Shown in pieces: positions 1 to 9,124 of a stretch of DNA of 64,000 nucleotides. Numbering within the stretch: the first letter of the stretch is position 1; each line of letters opens with the position of its first letter. The notes under the pieces were generated by a model. The model was not told the DNA's origin. It did no database searches and saw only the letters and a program-made list of their open reading frames with translations. The position numbers and the translations under genes were made by a program. The DNA comes from a virus. Its lineage: Duplodnaviria > Caudoviricetes. The DNA lies in IMG/VR virus record IMGVR_UViG_3300046786_000304, positions 32,001-96,000 of that record; one strand, given 5' to 3'.

Positions 1-2
1 CG

Positions 3-188
3 TTTAGGTACATGAAAGACAATGACATTAACCCTAAACAATTTGTAATGTTTACAGACGGTTACCCATTTGGTAGCTGGGGTGATGAGAACTACTGTGA
101 TACAATCTTTATCATTCACGGCAATGACCAAATTGAAGCTCCATTTGGTGTTACAGCACACTATGAACAAGATAAAGTTACAGCATAA
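3..188 (+). CDS. 3' end of a VWA-like domain protein (DUF2201/metallopeptidase-VWA type), 5' truncated by window edge
   Basis: Manual translation of the frame starting at nt 3 gives FRYMKDNDINPKQFVMFTDGYPFGSWGDENYCDTIFIIHGNDQIEAPFGVTAHYEQDKVTA*. The FTDGY motif resembles the VWA TDG motif. TAA at 186-188 is followed by a terminator. Confidence 0.6.
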   Translation, partial: FRYMKDNDINPKQFVMFTDGYPFGSWGDENYCDTIFIIHGNDQIEAPFGVTAHYEQDKVTA

Positions 189-202
189 AAACTTAAGTTT
201 TT

Positions 203-228
203 ATAGACCCTTCGGGGTCTATTTTTTT
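203..228 (+). terminator. Rho-independent terminator with C(UUCG)G tetraloop
   Basis: ATAGACCC-TTCG-GGGTCTAT is a perfect 8-bp stem followed by a T7 tract, just after the stop at 188. Confidence 0.9.
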
Positions 229-255
229 GACTTTGTCATTTAGTTAGTGTATAAT
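227..255 (+). promoter_or_regulatory. sigma70-type promoter
   Basis: TTGACT (227-232), 17-bp spacer, TATAAT (250-255), upstream of the ORF at 309. Confidence 0.75.
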
Positions 256-267
256 ACGACTATGTAC

Positions 268-275
268 TATAAATA
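268..275 (+). promoter_or_regulatory. T4-type late promoter box TATAAATA
   Basis: Exact TATAAATA in an intergenic region. SD AGGAG at about 296-300 precedes the ATG at 309. Confidence 0.6.
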
Positions 276-308
276 TTTGTGGTATATTATACATAGGAGT
301 TACCAAAA

Positions 309-524
309 ATGAATATTCAAGATTTATCTATTTTGCTTGCGGCTATTGAACTAGCAGTTAAGCGTGGCACTTTCAGCATTTTTGAAATCGGTGCTGTTGG
401 TCAAACCACAGAAAAGCTAGCCGCATTCCTTAAGGATGCTAATGCACAAGCAGAAGCCGCCAAAGCTGCAGCCGAACAAGCTGCCGCAGAAGCCCCAGCT
501 GAACCAGAAGCACCTGCTGCCTAA
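309..524 (+). CDS. Small hypothetical phage protein with Ala/Glu/Pro-rich tail
   Basis: 71-aa ORF with strong SD (AGGAG) downstream of the promoters. Confidence 0.8.
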   Translation: MNIQDLSILLAAIELAVKRGTFSIFEIGAVGQTTEKLAAFLKDANAQAEAAKAAAEQAAAEAPAEPEAPAA

Positions 525-536
525 TAAGGAATCACT

Positions 537-1142
537 ATGCCTGAATTTATTAAGCATGTTGGGCAAGTGAACAGCACAGGCAAGAAGTGTGTTGTAGTGT
601 TCAGGGAAATCCCTGGCGCGGCCGATTCTTGCCTTGTTGTTGAAACTGAGACATTGCCACAATTATATCATGATGATGTGATCTCTGCTGTTGAAAGTGC
701 CGCGGCACAGGAAGACATGGATTTCTTTAAGTATGCTACACGTAGTACTCTTCATGATGGTAGAAATATGTTGGAAGCTATGCACTTGAGTGGGTGGATG
801 AAAAAACTGCCAACAAGTGAAGTAACAATGTTGCCTACTAGAGAAATTAAGATTAGCTTACACGATCTTAATAAACAATTATCATCTTTAAACAAAGACG
901 GTAGAACAACCAGTGGAGATATTTCTGCTGACGAAGAGCCTAGCACCCCAGCTGGCGTACTCGACGATGCAAAGATTGCTAATCAAATGCGTAGTCAAGC
1001 CGCATACTTCCACAAAGAAGCACAGCGTCTATTAGCTGAAGCGGAAGCACTTGATCCAAAAACAACTGCACCTGTTGTAACTGAAACTGTTACTGCTAAT
1101 CCAGAAGTTAGAGTTAAAAGAAAATATACTAAAAAAAAGTAA
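537..1142 (+). CDS. Hypothetical phage protein
   Basis: 201-aa ORF, SD AAGGA, co-oriented with neighbours. Confidence 0.8.
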   Translation: MPEFIKHVGQVNSTGKKCVVVFREIPGAADSCLVVETETLPQLYHDDVISAVESAAAQEDMDFFKYATRSTLHDGRNMLEAMHLSGWMKKLPTSEVTMLPTREIKISLHDLNKQLSSLNKDGRTTSGDISADEEPSTPAGVLDDAKIANQMRSQAAYFHKEAQRLLAEAEALDPKTTAPVVTETVTANPEVRVKRKYTKKK

Positions 1143-1158
1143 TTAAGGAACCTACAAC

Positions 1159-1464
1159 ATGGCAATTAGGAGAAAGGATCGAAGTTTTGAAGAGATCCTT
1201 AAAGATGTGGTCATGGAAGAAGTTCCAATAGAATACATCACACACATTCAATTAAAATTGAATGACGGGAATACTTTAGAGTTTAGTCAAGAAGAACTAT
1301 CAGGCATGAAAGATGCTCGTGAAGTTTTGAAGGCACAAGGACTTGAACATTTGAGAGAAAGTGTACAGGACATCGAAGTTTTTATCGATAGTGCTAAGAT
1401 TAAAGGCAAAGTTATTCAATATGTGAAAACTTTATTAACCAGCCAGTTTGGCGATGAAAAATGA
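1159..1464 (+). CDS. Hypothetical protein
   Basis: 101-aa ORF, SD AAGGA, ATGA overlap with thyX. Confidence 0.75.
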   Translation: MAIRRKDRSFEEILKDVVMEEVPIEYITHIQLKLNDGNTLEFSQEELSGMKDAREVLKAQGLEHLRESVQDIEVFIDSAKIKGKVIQYVKTLLTSQFGDEK

Positions 1465-2345
1465 CATTAAGAACAGAAATTGATTTTGAAAAAGATAAGA
1501 ACTATGTACCAGTATTGGATCATGGTTTTGTAGGTCTAGTAGACCATATGGGCAGTGACAGCGCAATCGTGCAGGCCGCTCGTGTCAGCTATGGTGCTGG
1601 CACTAAACAAGTTCAAGACGATCGCAATCTTATTCGTTACTTAATGCGACATGAACACACAACTCCTTTTGAAATGTGCGAAGTAAAATTCCACATTAAA
1701 CTTCCTATCTTCGTTATGCGACAACTTGTACGGCATCGTACTGCCAGCATGAACGAATATAGTGCTCGTTATAGTGTGCTTACAGATGAGTTTTACATTC
1801 CTGAACTAGAACAAATCCAGAAGCAAAGCACAACTAACAAGCAGGGCCGTGAAGAAGCTGAATGGGGCTTTGAAGAAAAACGTGGAGTACAGCATGCCTT
1901 CCAACGTAGTTTCCATAATGCTTATAAAGAGTATGCTAGTTTGCTAGGTAAAGACGATGACGGGCTAGCACGTGAGTTGGCTAGAAGTGTGCTTCCAGTA
2001 GGCGGATATACAGAATTGTATTGGAAAGCCAACTTGAAGAACTTCTTACATATGGCTCGCTTACGTATGGATCCACACGCACAATGGGAGATCCGAGAAT
2101 TTGCCTCAGCTATGTATAACTTAGCCAAGCCACTATTCCCAGAAGCATGCCAAGCATTTGAAGACTATGCCGTTAACTCTGTCAAGCTTAGTGCTGGAGA
2201 ATACGAGCTAGTTAAGAACCTAATTAGTCATAGTAAGTGGGTGTCATTAGTCGAGAAGTACGGCAATGACGAAAAAGCCCTGGGCTTGGACGCAGGGCTT
2301 GGTATTCGTGAACTAAGAGAGTTTAAAGAAAAATTAGGTTTGTAA
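1461..2345 (+). CDS. thyX: FAD-dependent thymidylate synthase ThyX
   Basis: ThyX signature RHRTASMNEYSARYS, plus AARVSYG, HTTPFE and HAQWEIR motifs. Confidence 0.97.
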   Translation: MTLRTEIDFEKDKNYVPVLDHGFVGLVDHMGSDSAIVQAARVSYGAGTKQVQDDRNLIRYLMRHEHTTPFEMCEVKFHIKLPIFVMRQLVRHRTASMNEYSARYSVLTDEFYIPELEQIQKQSTTNKQGREEAEWGFEEKRGVQHAFQRSFHNAYKEYASLLGKDDDGLARELARSVLPVGGYTELYWKANLKNFLHMARLRMDPHAQWEIREFASAMYNLAKPLFPEACQAFEDYAVNSVKLSAGEYELVKNLISHSKWVSLVEKYGNDEKALGLDAGLGIRELREFKEKLGL

Positions 2346-2888
2346 TGGATCAATGCTTATCTCGTTGATATGTAGATAAGCAGGTTGTTCCGTTAACCAT
2401 TTAATATAATTGGCAGCATCCAGTATTGTAATTGTTTTACGATCTGGATGTTTTTCTTGCATGTTACTTAAAGTACCAAAGCTAATATAACTTACTCTTG
2501 GTCCTTCATTCCATACACCATTAAGGCACAGACTATTACAGTAGTCGCGTAATGCTTTCTTTTCCGCATTGTATAACCAATCCGTGGCTTTCATTACTCT
2601 ATCAGTTGTGCTACCAATAGCAATGATATGAGTTTTCTTTCCTAGTGCTTTTAATTTTTTGTATGTTGCTTCAAGTAACAATGTTTGATTAAATTTCCAT
2701 AATGCGCTACATAAAATAACAATATCATAGTCGACCGATAGTTCAGCAAAACGTTGTTGTTGTTCTGCTTTGGTTAAGTCATATCCGCAACTTCTACTTA
2801 TAAATGTTACATCATGCTCTGCTAGAGAATGTTTTAACCCTTCGGCTAGTCCGTAGATGCTATTACCTGCTACTAATATCTTTTTCAT
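2334..2888 (-). CDS. Short SDR-like oxidoreductase
   Basis: N-terminal Rossmann-like KKILVAGNSIYGLA, YxxxK (YNAEK), C-terminal INEISIDP typical of SDRs. Confidence 0.65.
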   Translation of the reverse strand: MKKILVAGNSIYGLAEGLKHSLAEHDVTFISRSCGYDLTKAEQQQRFAELSVDYDIVILCSALWKFNQTLLLEATYKKLKALGKKTHIIAIGSTTDRVMKATDWLYNAEKKALRDYCNSLCLNGVWNEGPRVSYISFGTLSNMQEKHPDRKTITILDAANYIKWLTEQPAYLHINEISIDPLQT

Positions 2889-4198
2889 TTAAACAATCTT
2901 TCATATTCTGGTGCAATATCTAATATACTGTGTCCACGTGCTTGGTCTAAGTACTTTGTAAATTTAATAAATTCAGGAAGTCTTTCACTATAATCAGCAC
3001 CTAACATATATTTTGTAATGCTGTTTAAAATGTTTTCAGCGTTTTTAGCAATTTCTTCCGGATACTCTGCTTTGAATTCTTCAATGCACTTAGCGTAGTA
3101 TTCAACTACTTCTTGTTTCATGTCTATAGGCAATACACGCACATTAACACGTTTTGGTCCATGTGCCACGTGATGTGTTATAATAGGACGCTTTTTAGTG
3201 CTATTAATCTTTTTAAATCCGCTACTCTGCAATTTCCATTTCATAAAACGAGGTATGTGCCAAATGTTATATGCTGTTACTGTACAGGCCAGCCAAGCAA
3301 GTATGTTTGGATTCTTTTCTGCGTATTCATCTAACTTTTGTAAGTTCTTATATGCTTGGCTCCACTTCAAAGGCCAACGCTGATACTCAACTGTTTCGCC
3401 CATGCCATCCATACTAGCACCAACTCGAACTTGTTTGAACTGTGTCCACATATCCAACACACGCTGTGGTAAGTTACTCATGTTAGTATTGTATTCAATG
3501 ATCATCTTTTTACTTTGACCCATGTCAATACATTTTTGTAAAAACTCATAATGACGTTCAATCATCATTGGCTCGCCTCCGGCCATATAAACGTGCTTGA
3601 TGTTTGGAATATTTGCTTCTATCTGTGTCCAAAAAGTTTCGCTGTTATGCCAATCATAGTCTGTGGTAGTTAATCGTCCGTTGTCATTGCGAGTTAGTTT
3701 AACTGTGCCGTGTGTATCTTTATATTCATCGCTGCCGTGATAGTCTGTCCACTGTTCATACCAAGTATGGCTATCAGTGGGACCGCACATACGGCAAGCT
3801 AAGTTACATAAGTTACCAAAACGCAGATCATAGTATTCTAGTTTTCTATCTTTAACTGTGCCGTCTGGTTCTGTAATATAACGAGCATCATCTATGCTAA
3901 ACTTCCAATTTTCTAATTCATATTGTCTGCGACTATTAAGACCACTAGCTTCTTCACTTTGACAACGACCGCACTCTTGACTCCACTCTCCTGTCAGCAT
4001 GTTCTTACGAACTTCTTTCATTAGAGTAGCGTTGCGAGCAAGTTCCATATTGTCACGGCCTGCATTGTAAGGTGTTCCATCTTCGTGTCTAACTACACCT
4101 TGATTCTCTGTTACATTAGCTTGACAACATACACGAATGTCGCCATTGTTTCGTACAGCTTGAAAGTTCCAAGGTATCGGGCAAAATGTATTACTCAT
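2885..4198 (-). CDS. Radical SAM protein with N-terminal SPASM/twitch-like domain
   Basis: CNLACRMC and GGEP motifs; N-terminal CPIPW..VCC..CGRC. Start placed at ATG 4198 (TAATG coupling) rather than 4213. Confidence 0.9.
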   Translation of the reverse strand: MSNTFCPIPWNFQAVRNNGDIRVCCQANVTENQGVVRHEDGTPYNAGRDNMELARNATLMKEVRKNMLTGEWSQECGRCQSEEASGLNSRRQYELENWKFSIDDARYITEPDGTVKDRKLEYYDLRFGNLCNLACRMCGPTDSHTWYEQWTDYHGSDEYKDTHGTVKLTRNDNGRLTTTDYDWHNSETFWTQIEANIPNIKHVYMAGGEPMMIERHYEFLQKCIDMGQSKKMIIEYNTNMSNLPQRVLDMWTQFKQVRVGASMDGMGETVEYQRWPLKWSQAYKNLQKLDEYAEKNPNILAWLACTVTAYNIWHIPRFMKWKLQSSGFKKINSTKKRPIITHHVAHGPKRVNVRVLPIDMKQEVVEYYAKCIEEFKAEYPEEIAKNAENILNSITKYMLGADYSERLPEFIKFTKYLDQARGHSILDIAPEYERLFK

Positions 4199-4980
4199 TA
4201 ATAATCCATCCATCCAATATAATTATCAACATTTTTTGCAGGAGCAACAAAATCTTGTATTTTTAATTTTATTTCTTTAATATTGTTTTCGATTGCGTTG
4301 CGTACAATAGTTGTTAGCACCATGTTATTTTCTTCTGTCAAATGACATATCCTATTATCTCTAATAAATCTTTTATTTTCTGTATCTTCATATCCCGCCG
4401 GGGTTCCTTTAAATATATATTGTTCGTGGTACCCGGGCATATTATTTAATTCCCATATCGTTATATCTTGTAATCCTATATAGCCTGGATCAGAACTTTT
4501 TACATCTATCGTAATTAAATTTTTAAAACTTTTAATTTTTTCTACTAATAATAAATTTACAGTATTTACATAATCATCGTCTTTCCAGAATTCAAAATAT
4601 AATCTTACACTATCAAATAATTTTAAATTAAAATCTGTGCCCGTTGGGTTAAATTTATCTTTGTATGTATTTTCATGAAGCAGGACATTTGAATAATGTG
4701 TATACCAATTTTTATTAGATAAAGTTTTTGATATGTCCGAGTTTTCTAAATAAGATGAATAAAATCTATCCGTAGTAGGAATTATCATAATATTAATGTC
4801 ATTCTTTTGATAATTTTCCATGTAATCAGCATAACATTTATAAATGGAATTTCCTGGATGGCCATAGTTGGTTACATCGTAGTACTCTTTTAAATAATTT
4901 ACCCAAAAATTTTGTTCGACATTTGGGTTCATTACACTACAGTAACTATCTCCGTATACTCCTATTGTTTTCTTATTCAT
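4198..4980 (-). CDS. SGNH/GDSL-like protein
   Basis: GVYGDSY, NYGHPGNSI and C-terminal NRICHL motifs; paralog of the next gene. Confidence 0.6.
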   Translation of the reverse strand: MNKKTIGVYGDSYCSVMNPNVEQNFWVNYLKEYYDVTNYGHPGNSIYKCYADYMENYQKNDINIMIIPTTDRFYSSYLENSDISKTLSNKNWYTHYSNVLLHENTYKDKFNPTGTDFNLKLFDSVRLYFEFWKDDDYVNTVNLLLVEKIKSFKNLITIDVKSSDPGYIGLQDITIWELNNMPGYHEQYIFKGTPAGYEDTENKRFIRDNRICHLTEENNMVLTTIVRNAIENNIKEIKLKIQDFVAPAKNVDNYIGWMDY

Positions 4981-5750
4981 ATCTTTTCCCAGCCTACATA
5001 AAAATCTAGGTCTTTGGATGGTTTAACAAAGTCTTCAATAGACAACTTTATCTCACTGATGTGTTCATTGAAGGCGTCTAAAATTTTTTCATATAAAATA
5101 AAACTGTTTTCTTCTGATAAATGATTTTTTCTACGATCAAACAAAGCCATGGATTTGCTTTCATCTATAGATGAAAAAGTCTTAGGATATTTTTCAGTAA
5201 AGCCTAGTTGGTCTAATTCCCAATTTGATATACCTGTTAATCCTTCTTTGCCTTTATGCTGATGAGTCTGAGTATCGATTAATATTACGTTATTAATCTT
5301 TTTAATATCGTTTAGCATTAGATCAGCTATTGTTGTATCAACGTTATGATCTTTCCATTCGGTCCAATATGTGTATACGCTGTCTATTATTTTTAGTAAA
5401 CGGTCTGCATCCTTGTATGATTTTTTATCTTTTTCAATTAATATTTTAAATATTTCCAAAGACGATATATTGTTAAACCAGTTATTAAATGGTATCTGGT
5501 CCGAAAGATGGTACAATTTACTTGAAAAAAATCTCTGCTGTACCGGTATTAAGAAAATATTATAATCATATTTGTTATGACAAGTTTTAATTGTTTCGTA
5601 GCATTGGTATATTGAATTTCCAGGCTCACCAAAATTTGTCACTTCGTAGCCTTGTTCGAGAAGGTTGACCCAACTTTTGCCCATGATATGATTTTCACTT
5701 CGGTAGTTAGCAAAACTGTCGCCATATATACCAATTGTTTTTTTACTCAT
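4977..5750 (-). CDS. SGNH/GDSL-like protein
   Basis: GIYGDSF, NFGEPGNSI and RKNHLS motifs. Start placed at MSKKTI (5750) by alignment with paralog MNKKTI. Confidence 0.6.
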   Translation of the reverse strand: MSKKTIGIYGDSFANYRSENHIMGKSWVNLLEQGYEVTNFGEPGNSIYQCYETIKTCHNKYDYNIFLIPVQQRFFSSKLYHLSDQIPFNNWFNNISSLEIFKILIEKDKKSYKDADRLLKIIDSVYTYWTEWKDHNVDTTIADLMLNDIKKINNVILIDTQTHQHKGKEGLTGISNWELDQLGFTEKYPKTFSSIDESKSMALFDRRKNHLSEENSFILYEKILDAFNEHISEIKLSIEDFVKPSKDLDFYVGWEKI

Positions 5751-6909
5751 AACTCTTGTCACCGGGGAACAACGGCATCTTAGTGCCAGGAGCACGTTTA
5801 GGTATCTTACTGTCAGCACTACTTACACAACTATGTCCGCCACAGGGCATTGGTTTGTCATATAACTTAAAGCCTGTTTCAATGTGTCCCAGTGGTACTT
5901 CACTACAACTATAGCTACGTTTGATAGTGCCGTCAGGTTCGCGAATAATAATACTGCGATAGCCACTGCTACATTCCCAACCATGGAAGTTATTGAAGTT
6001 AAATGCGTTAAAGCGTTCTGCTTGATCCATAAACCAAGGATTACCTTCTTTATCTCTGAACTCTACTTGATAATGTGCGGGTGTGCTTGCTTGTTGTTTA
6101 CGCAAAGGATCTGCTTTGTCAATCATAAATGTAGGCTTAGGCCTTTCGACTAGGCCTGCTTTGGCAGCCTTTACTTCTGTATAAGCACGTTGCGGCATAC
6201 CGTTGTGAAGTTTCTCTAACATGTCATCGGTATAACCATCTACTACACGGCTAGCAGTAGGATCGCTTTGTGGCTTTAATGTAACATTGATACCGCGTTC
6301 ATGAAAGTACAGAGCAAGGTCATAAATTTTATAAAACTGCTCGGGCACCATAACTTGATTAATAGTTACTTGCGTGTCATATTCTTGGCACAATACTAAT
6401 TTGTCTCCAAACTCTTCTACCTTCTTATCAGTGTCTACGTGCTCTAAGTGACAGCTGGCTGTTATACTCGCTCTGTGAAAATGTTTAACTGCTGGTACAT
6501 ACTTTTCTTCAAACCATTTAATAGGGCGACTCATATTACTGGTCATGTGTACGCTGGTATAGTTTGTATTAGATACATCATCGTTTAAGTGATTAAGAAT
6601 ATCAATGTAAGCAGGATGGAATGTAGGTTCACCACCACTTAGACTAAAGTGGAAACTATTAAAACCATTGGCTCTGGCTTGACGTTTAATCTCGTCTACC
6701 GTCTTTAACATTAAAGGAGTAGGACGATGGTCTTTTGTATCACTGCGGGCGTATGGCCAGCAATAACTGCAACGATAGTTACAGTAACGTCCTAGCAACC
6801 ATGATACGGTAAACATATCGCGGTATAACATTGTTCTTTGTCCAACTCTAACTAAATCCTTGTATGGAATTTTAGTAAAGTCATATTCACTTGTTTTTAA
6901 ATCACTCAT
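5743..6909 (-). CDS. Radical SAM protein with C-terminal SPASM-like domain
   Basis: CNYRCSYC and SGGEPT motifs; C-terminal WECSSG..YSC..PC..SC cysteines. Start at 6909 or 6924. Confidence 0.9.
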   Translation of the reverse strand: MSDLKTSEYDFTKIPYKDLVRVGQRTMLYRDMFTVSWLLGRYCNYRCSYCWPYARSDTKDHRPTPLMLKTVDEIKRQARANGFNSFHFSLSGGEPTFHPAYIDILNHLNDDVSNTNYTSVHMTSNMSRPIKWFEEKYVPAVKHFHRASITASCHLEHVDTDKKVEEFGDKLVLCQEYDTQVTINQVMVPEQFYKIYDLALYFHERGINVTLKPQSDPTASRVVDGYTDDMLEKLHNGMPQRAYTEVKAAKAGLVERPKPTFMIDKADPLRKQQASTPAHYQVEFRDKEGNPWFMDQAERFNAFNFNNFHGWECSSGYRSIIIREPDGTIKRSYSCSEVPLGHIETGFKLYDKPMPCGGHSCVSSADSKIPKRAPGTKMPLFPGDKSYE

Positions 6910-7132
6910 CTTGTTCGTAGACAAACTTAATGTCTTTTCCTGGGCCCGCTTCGCTGGGCATTCCGCCGTATTCTTTTACATACCATTCTATTGCCGCAAC
7001 ATACCAACCCTGACTGTTATGTCTGCTGGCTTTGTTAAAAATATAAATGTTATCATTAGTTGCTGGCATTGTACTTATGACTCGTGCCGCTTCTAATTGT
7101 AATTGTCTCAATGGTAAATCTTTAATGTTCAT
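6902..7132 (-). CDS. Small hypothetical protein (76 aa)
   Basis: Fills the gap between two radical SAM genes, overlapping both. Confidence 0.7.
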   Translation of the reverse strand: MNIKDLPLRQLQLEAARVISTMPATNDNIYIFNKASRHNSQGWYVAAIEWYVKEYGGMPSEAGPGKDIKFVYEQDE

Positions 7133-8334
7133 TATACATCCAAATTGTCTAATAAGTCAACTAGTACGTCTGTCTTTTTATAATCTTGTTTTTTCAATAA
7201 AAACTGTCGAGCTGTTTCTTTGTAGTCAGGATCATAAGATGATCCTATACGCTTACGCATTTGATTTAGATAGTCTGTAAAATTCTCTTTGTAAACATAG
7301 TTGACATCTGTGGCTTTTGCTATAGATTGCTCTGCCAAATCTATATACTTTGTATATTCTTTTGGCAAATGTGCTATGTCCATTTCGTCGGGCCAACTAG
7401 TAAAGTTGCCATACCATGTAAATTCTTTGTTAGGTGCATGTGTTCTAAATTGTTCATGTACCCAGTCTATGTATTCATGAAATGTTTTTAAATTAAACAT
7501 ACTTGCTGTTGGACTTAGTACAATTAATTCTGTTTTAGGATGCTTAATGTATTTTACAAAATTTTCACTAAATCTATCCCAAACTAGGTTATGTCTTATT
7601 AGCTCTGCGCTTTTACCAAAACTTTCATTGCTGATACCTATTCCCCAAGATAGTTTACTAGTGTCCATTTTTTCAATGAGCTTATTCATTAAAAAGCTTT
7701 TACTGTTAGCATTGGTACAAATTTCTAATCTAACTTTTTTGCCACTGCCTTCTGCGGCAGTCTCAATATAATCAACTAACTCATAAAATCTAGAACTAGC
7801 AGTAGGTTCTCCACCTAAGAATATAAACACAATTTGATTGTTTAATAAATCATCTCTATGTAAAAAGTTCTTAATCCAAGATTTAAAAACTTCATAATCA
7901 TGTTCTTTGGTAAGATCTTCATAGGTTTCGTTTTGTTCTTGTGCTACTTTACTGCTACTCCATGAGCTACAATAAATGCAACTCATATCACAGATCCTAT
8001 CTGTTTTTATTTCAATGTAGTTTATATAACTATCACTGCTGCCAATTTTTTCACGATTATTTTCAACAAACTCATCGGTCCATCTGTTAGCCCAATCTCG
8101 ATAAGCACTATTGCCTTTACTATAATCATTCCAGCAACTATTACAATCTGCGTGGGCAATATTGTCTAAACTTTGTTGTCTGCGTTCTTTAATGCCAGCA
8201 CTATTGCTTATAAATTCTTCAGTAAGAACTTCTGGAAATTGATATACTGCGGCTTTACAGCAATGTTTGATTGTTCGTGACTCGAAGTCAATGTTTATGT
8301 CTGTCCATGATTTCGAGCAATATGTTTTTGTCAT
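7132..8334 (-). CDS. Radical SAM protein with N-terminal SPASM/twitch-like domain
   Basis: CDMSCIYC and LGGEPT motifs; N-terminal YCSKSW..HCC..CNSC. Confidence 0.88.
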   Translation of the reverse strand: MTKTYCSKSWTDINIDFESRTIKHCCKAAVYQFPEVLTEEFISNSAGIKERRQQSLDNIAHADCNSCWNDYSKGNSAYRDWANRWTDEFVENNREKIGSSDSYINYIEIKTDRICDMSCIYCSSWSSSKVAQEQNETYEDLTKEHDYEVFKSWIKNFLHRDDLLNNQIVFIFLGGEPTASSRFYELVDYIETAAEGSGKKVRLEICTNANSKSFLMNKLIEKMDTSKLSWGIGISNESFGKSAELIRHNLVWDRFSENFVKYIKHPKTELIVLSPTASMFNLKTFHEYIDWVHEQFRTHAPNKEFTWYGNFTSWPDEMDIAHLPKEYTKYIDLAEQSIAKATDVNYVYKENFTDYLNQMRKRIGSSYDPDYKETARQFLLKKQDYKKTDVLVDLLDNLDV

Positions 8335-8352
8335 AAATTAATAATATGCGTA

Positions 8353-8371
8353 GATAAATATTTAGTAAATA
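8353..8371. promoter_or_regulatory. Divergent late-promoter-like region containing palindrome TAAATATTTA
   Basis: 52-bp gap between divergent genes. The palindrome at 8355-8364 gives TAAATA on both strands; a second TAAATA lies at 8366-8371. Confidence 0.45.
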
Positions 8372-8386
8372 TAACCTGGATAACTT

Positions 8387-9124
8387 ATGACCACTCCTAC
8401 AAACCAATATGGTGTCAGTACCGAACCTATTGATAGTTTTTCGAAACGAAACGACTATCCTGCAAATTGCAAATACCCACAAAATCTAGCAACTCCAAGA
8501 GACGTTAATTTTAATCCCGACATTCCTTTTTTACCAATTGACGATTGGAAAGACACAGAAGATTGGGAAAAGATGTATGCCGAAGCCAAAGCCTTAGAAA
8601 AACATTATGTACCACATAGGCATCATGAATCTCATAAAGGCTGGAGTAGTTTATGTATTCATGGTTTAAGTAGTGTACATACCGAAAGCAGTCATACATA
8701 TGGATTTAAAGACGATGAAGCTCCGTGGCGTTGGACTGATGTAGCAGATTGGTGTCCTACTATTAGAAACTTCTTTAAAGAAAAATTTGATTATAAAAAA
8801 TATTTCAGAGTTAGGATTATGAAATTAGCTCCAGGCGGCTATGTTATTCCACACAAAGATACCATCGATGTTGCAGAAAGTCATATTGGTCCTATTAATG
8901 TAGCGTTAAATCATCCTGCTGATTGTAAATTTTACATGGATGATATCGGTACTTTGCCATGGACTGCTGGCAGAGCTATTAAATTAAATTTATATAATGT
9001 TCATGCGGTTGTAAATCACAGCAACCAGGACAGATATCACATCATTGTACACGGACACGCTGGCAACACATGGCCTAACAGAATACTTAATAATTATAAA
9101 ACTTGGAGTAAGACGTATGAGTAA
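8387..9124 (+). CDS. 2OG-Fe(II) oxygenase, aspartyl/asparaginyl beta-hydroxylase-like
   Basis: RVRIMKLAPGGYVIPHKD (HxD), distal HAVVN and RYHIIVHG motifs. Confidence 0.85.
   Translation: MTTPTNQYGVSTEPIDSFSKRNDYPANCKYPQNLATPRDVNFNPDIPFLPIDDWKDTEDWEKMYAEAKALEKHYVPHRHHESHKGWSSLCIHGLSSVHTESSHTYGFKDDEAPWRWTDVADWCPTIRNFFKEKFDYKKYFRVRIMKLAPGGYVIPHKDTIDVAESHIGPINVALNHPADCKFYMDDIGTLPWTAGRAIKLNLYNVHAVVNHSNQDRYHIIVHGHAGNTWPNRILNNYKTWSKTYE

Noticed and set aside
1461-2345. Intein or intron in thyX or other long genes
   Set aside because: ThyX is of normal length with contiguous motifs. No homing-endonuclease or intein signatures and no split genes were noticed.
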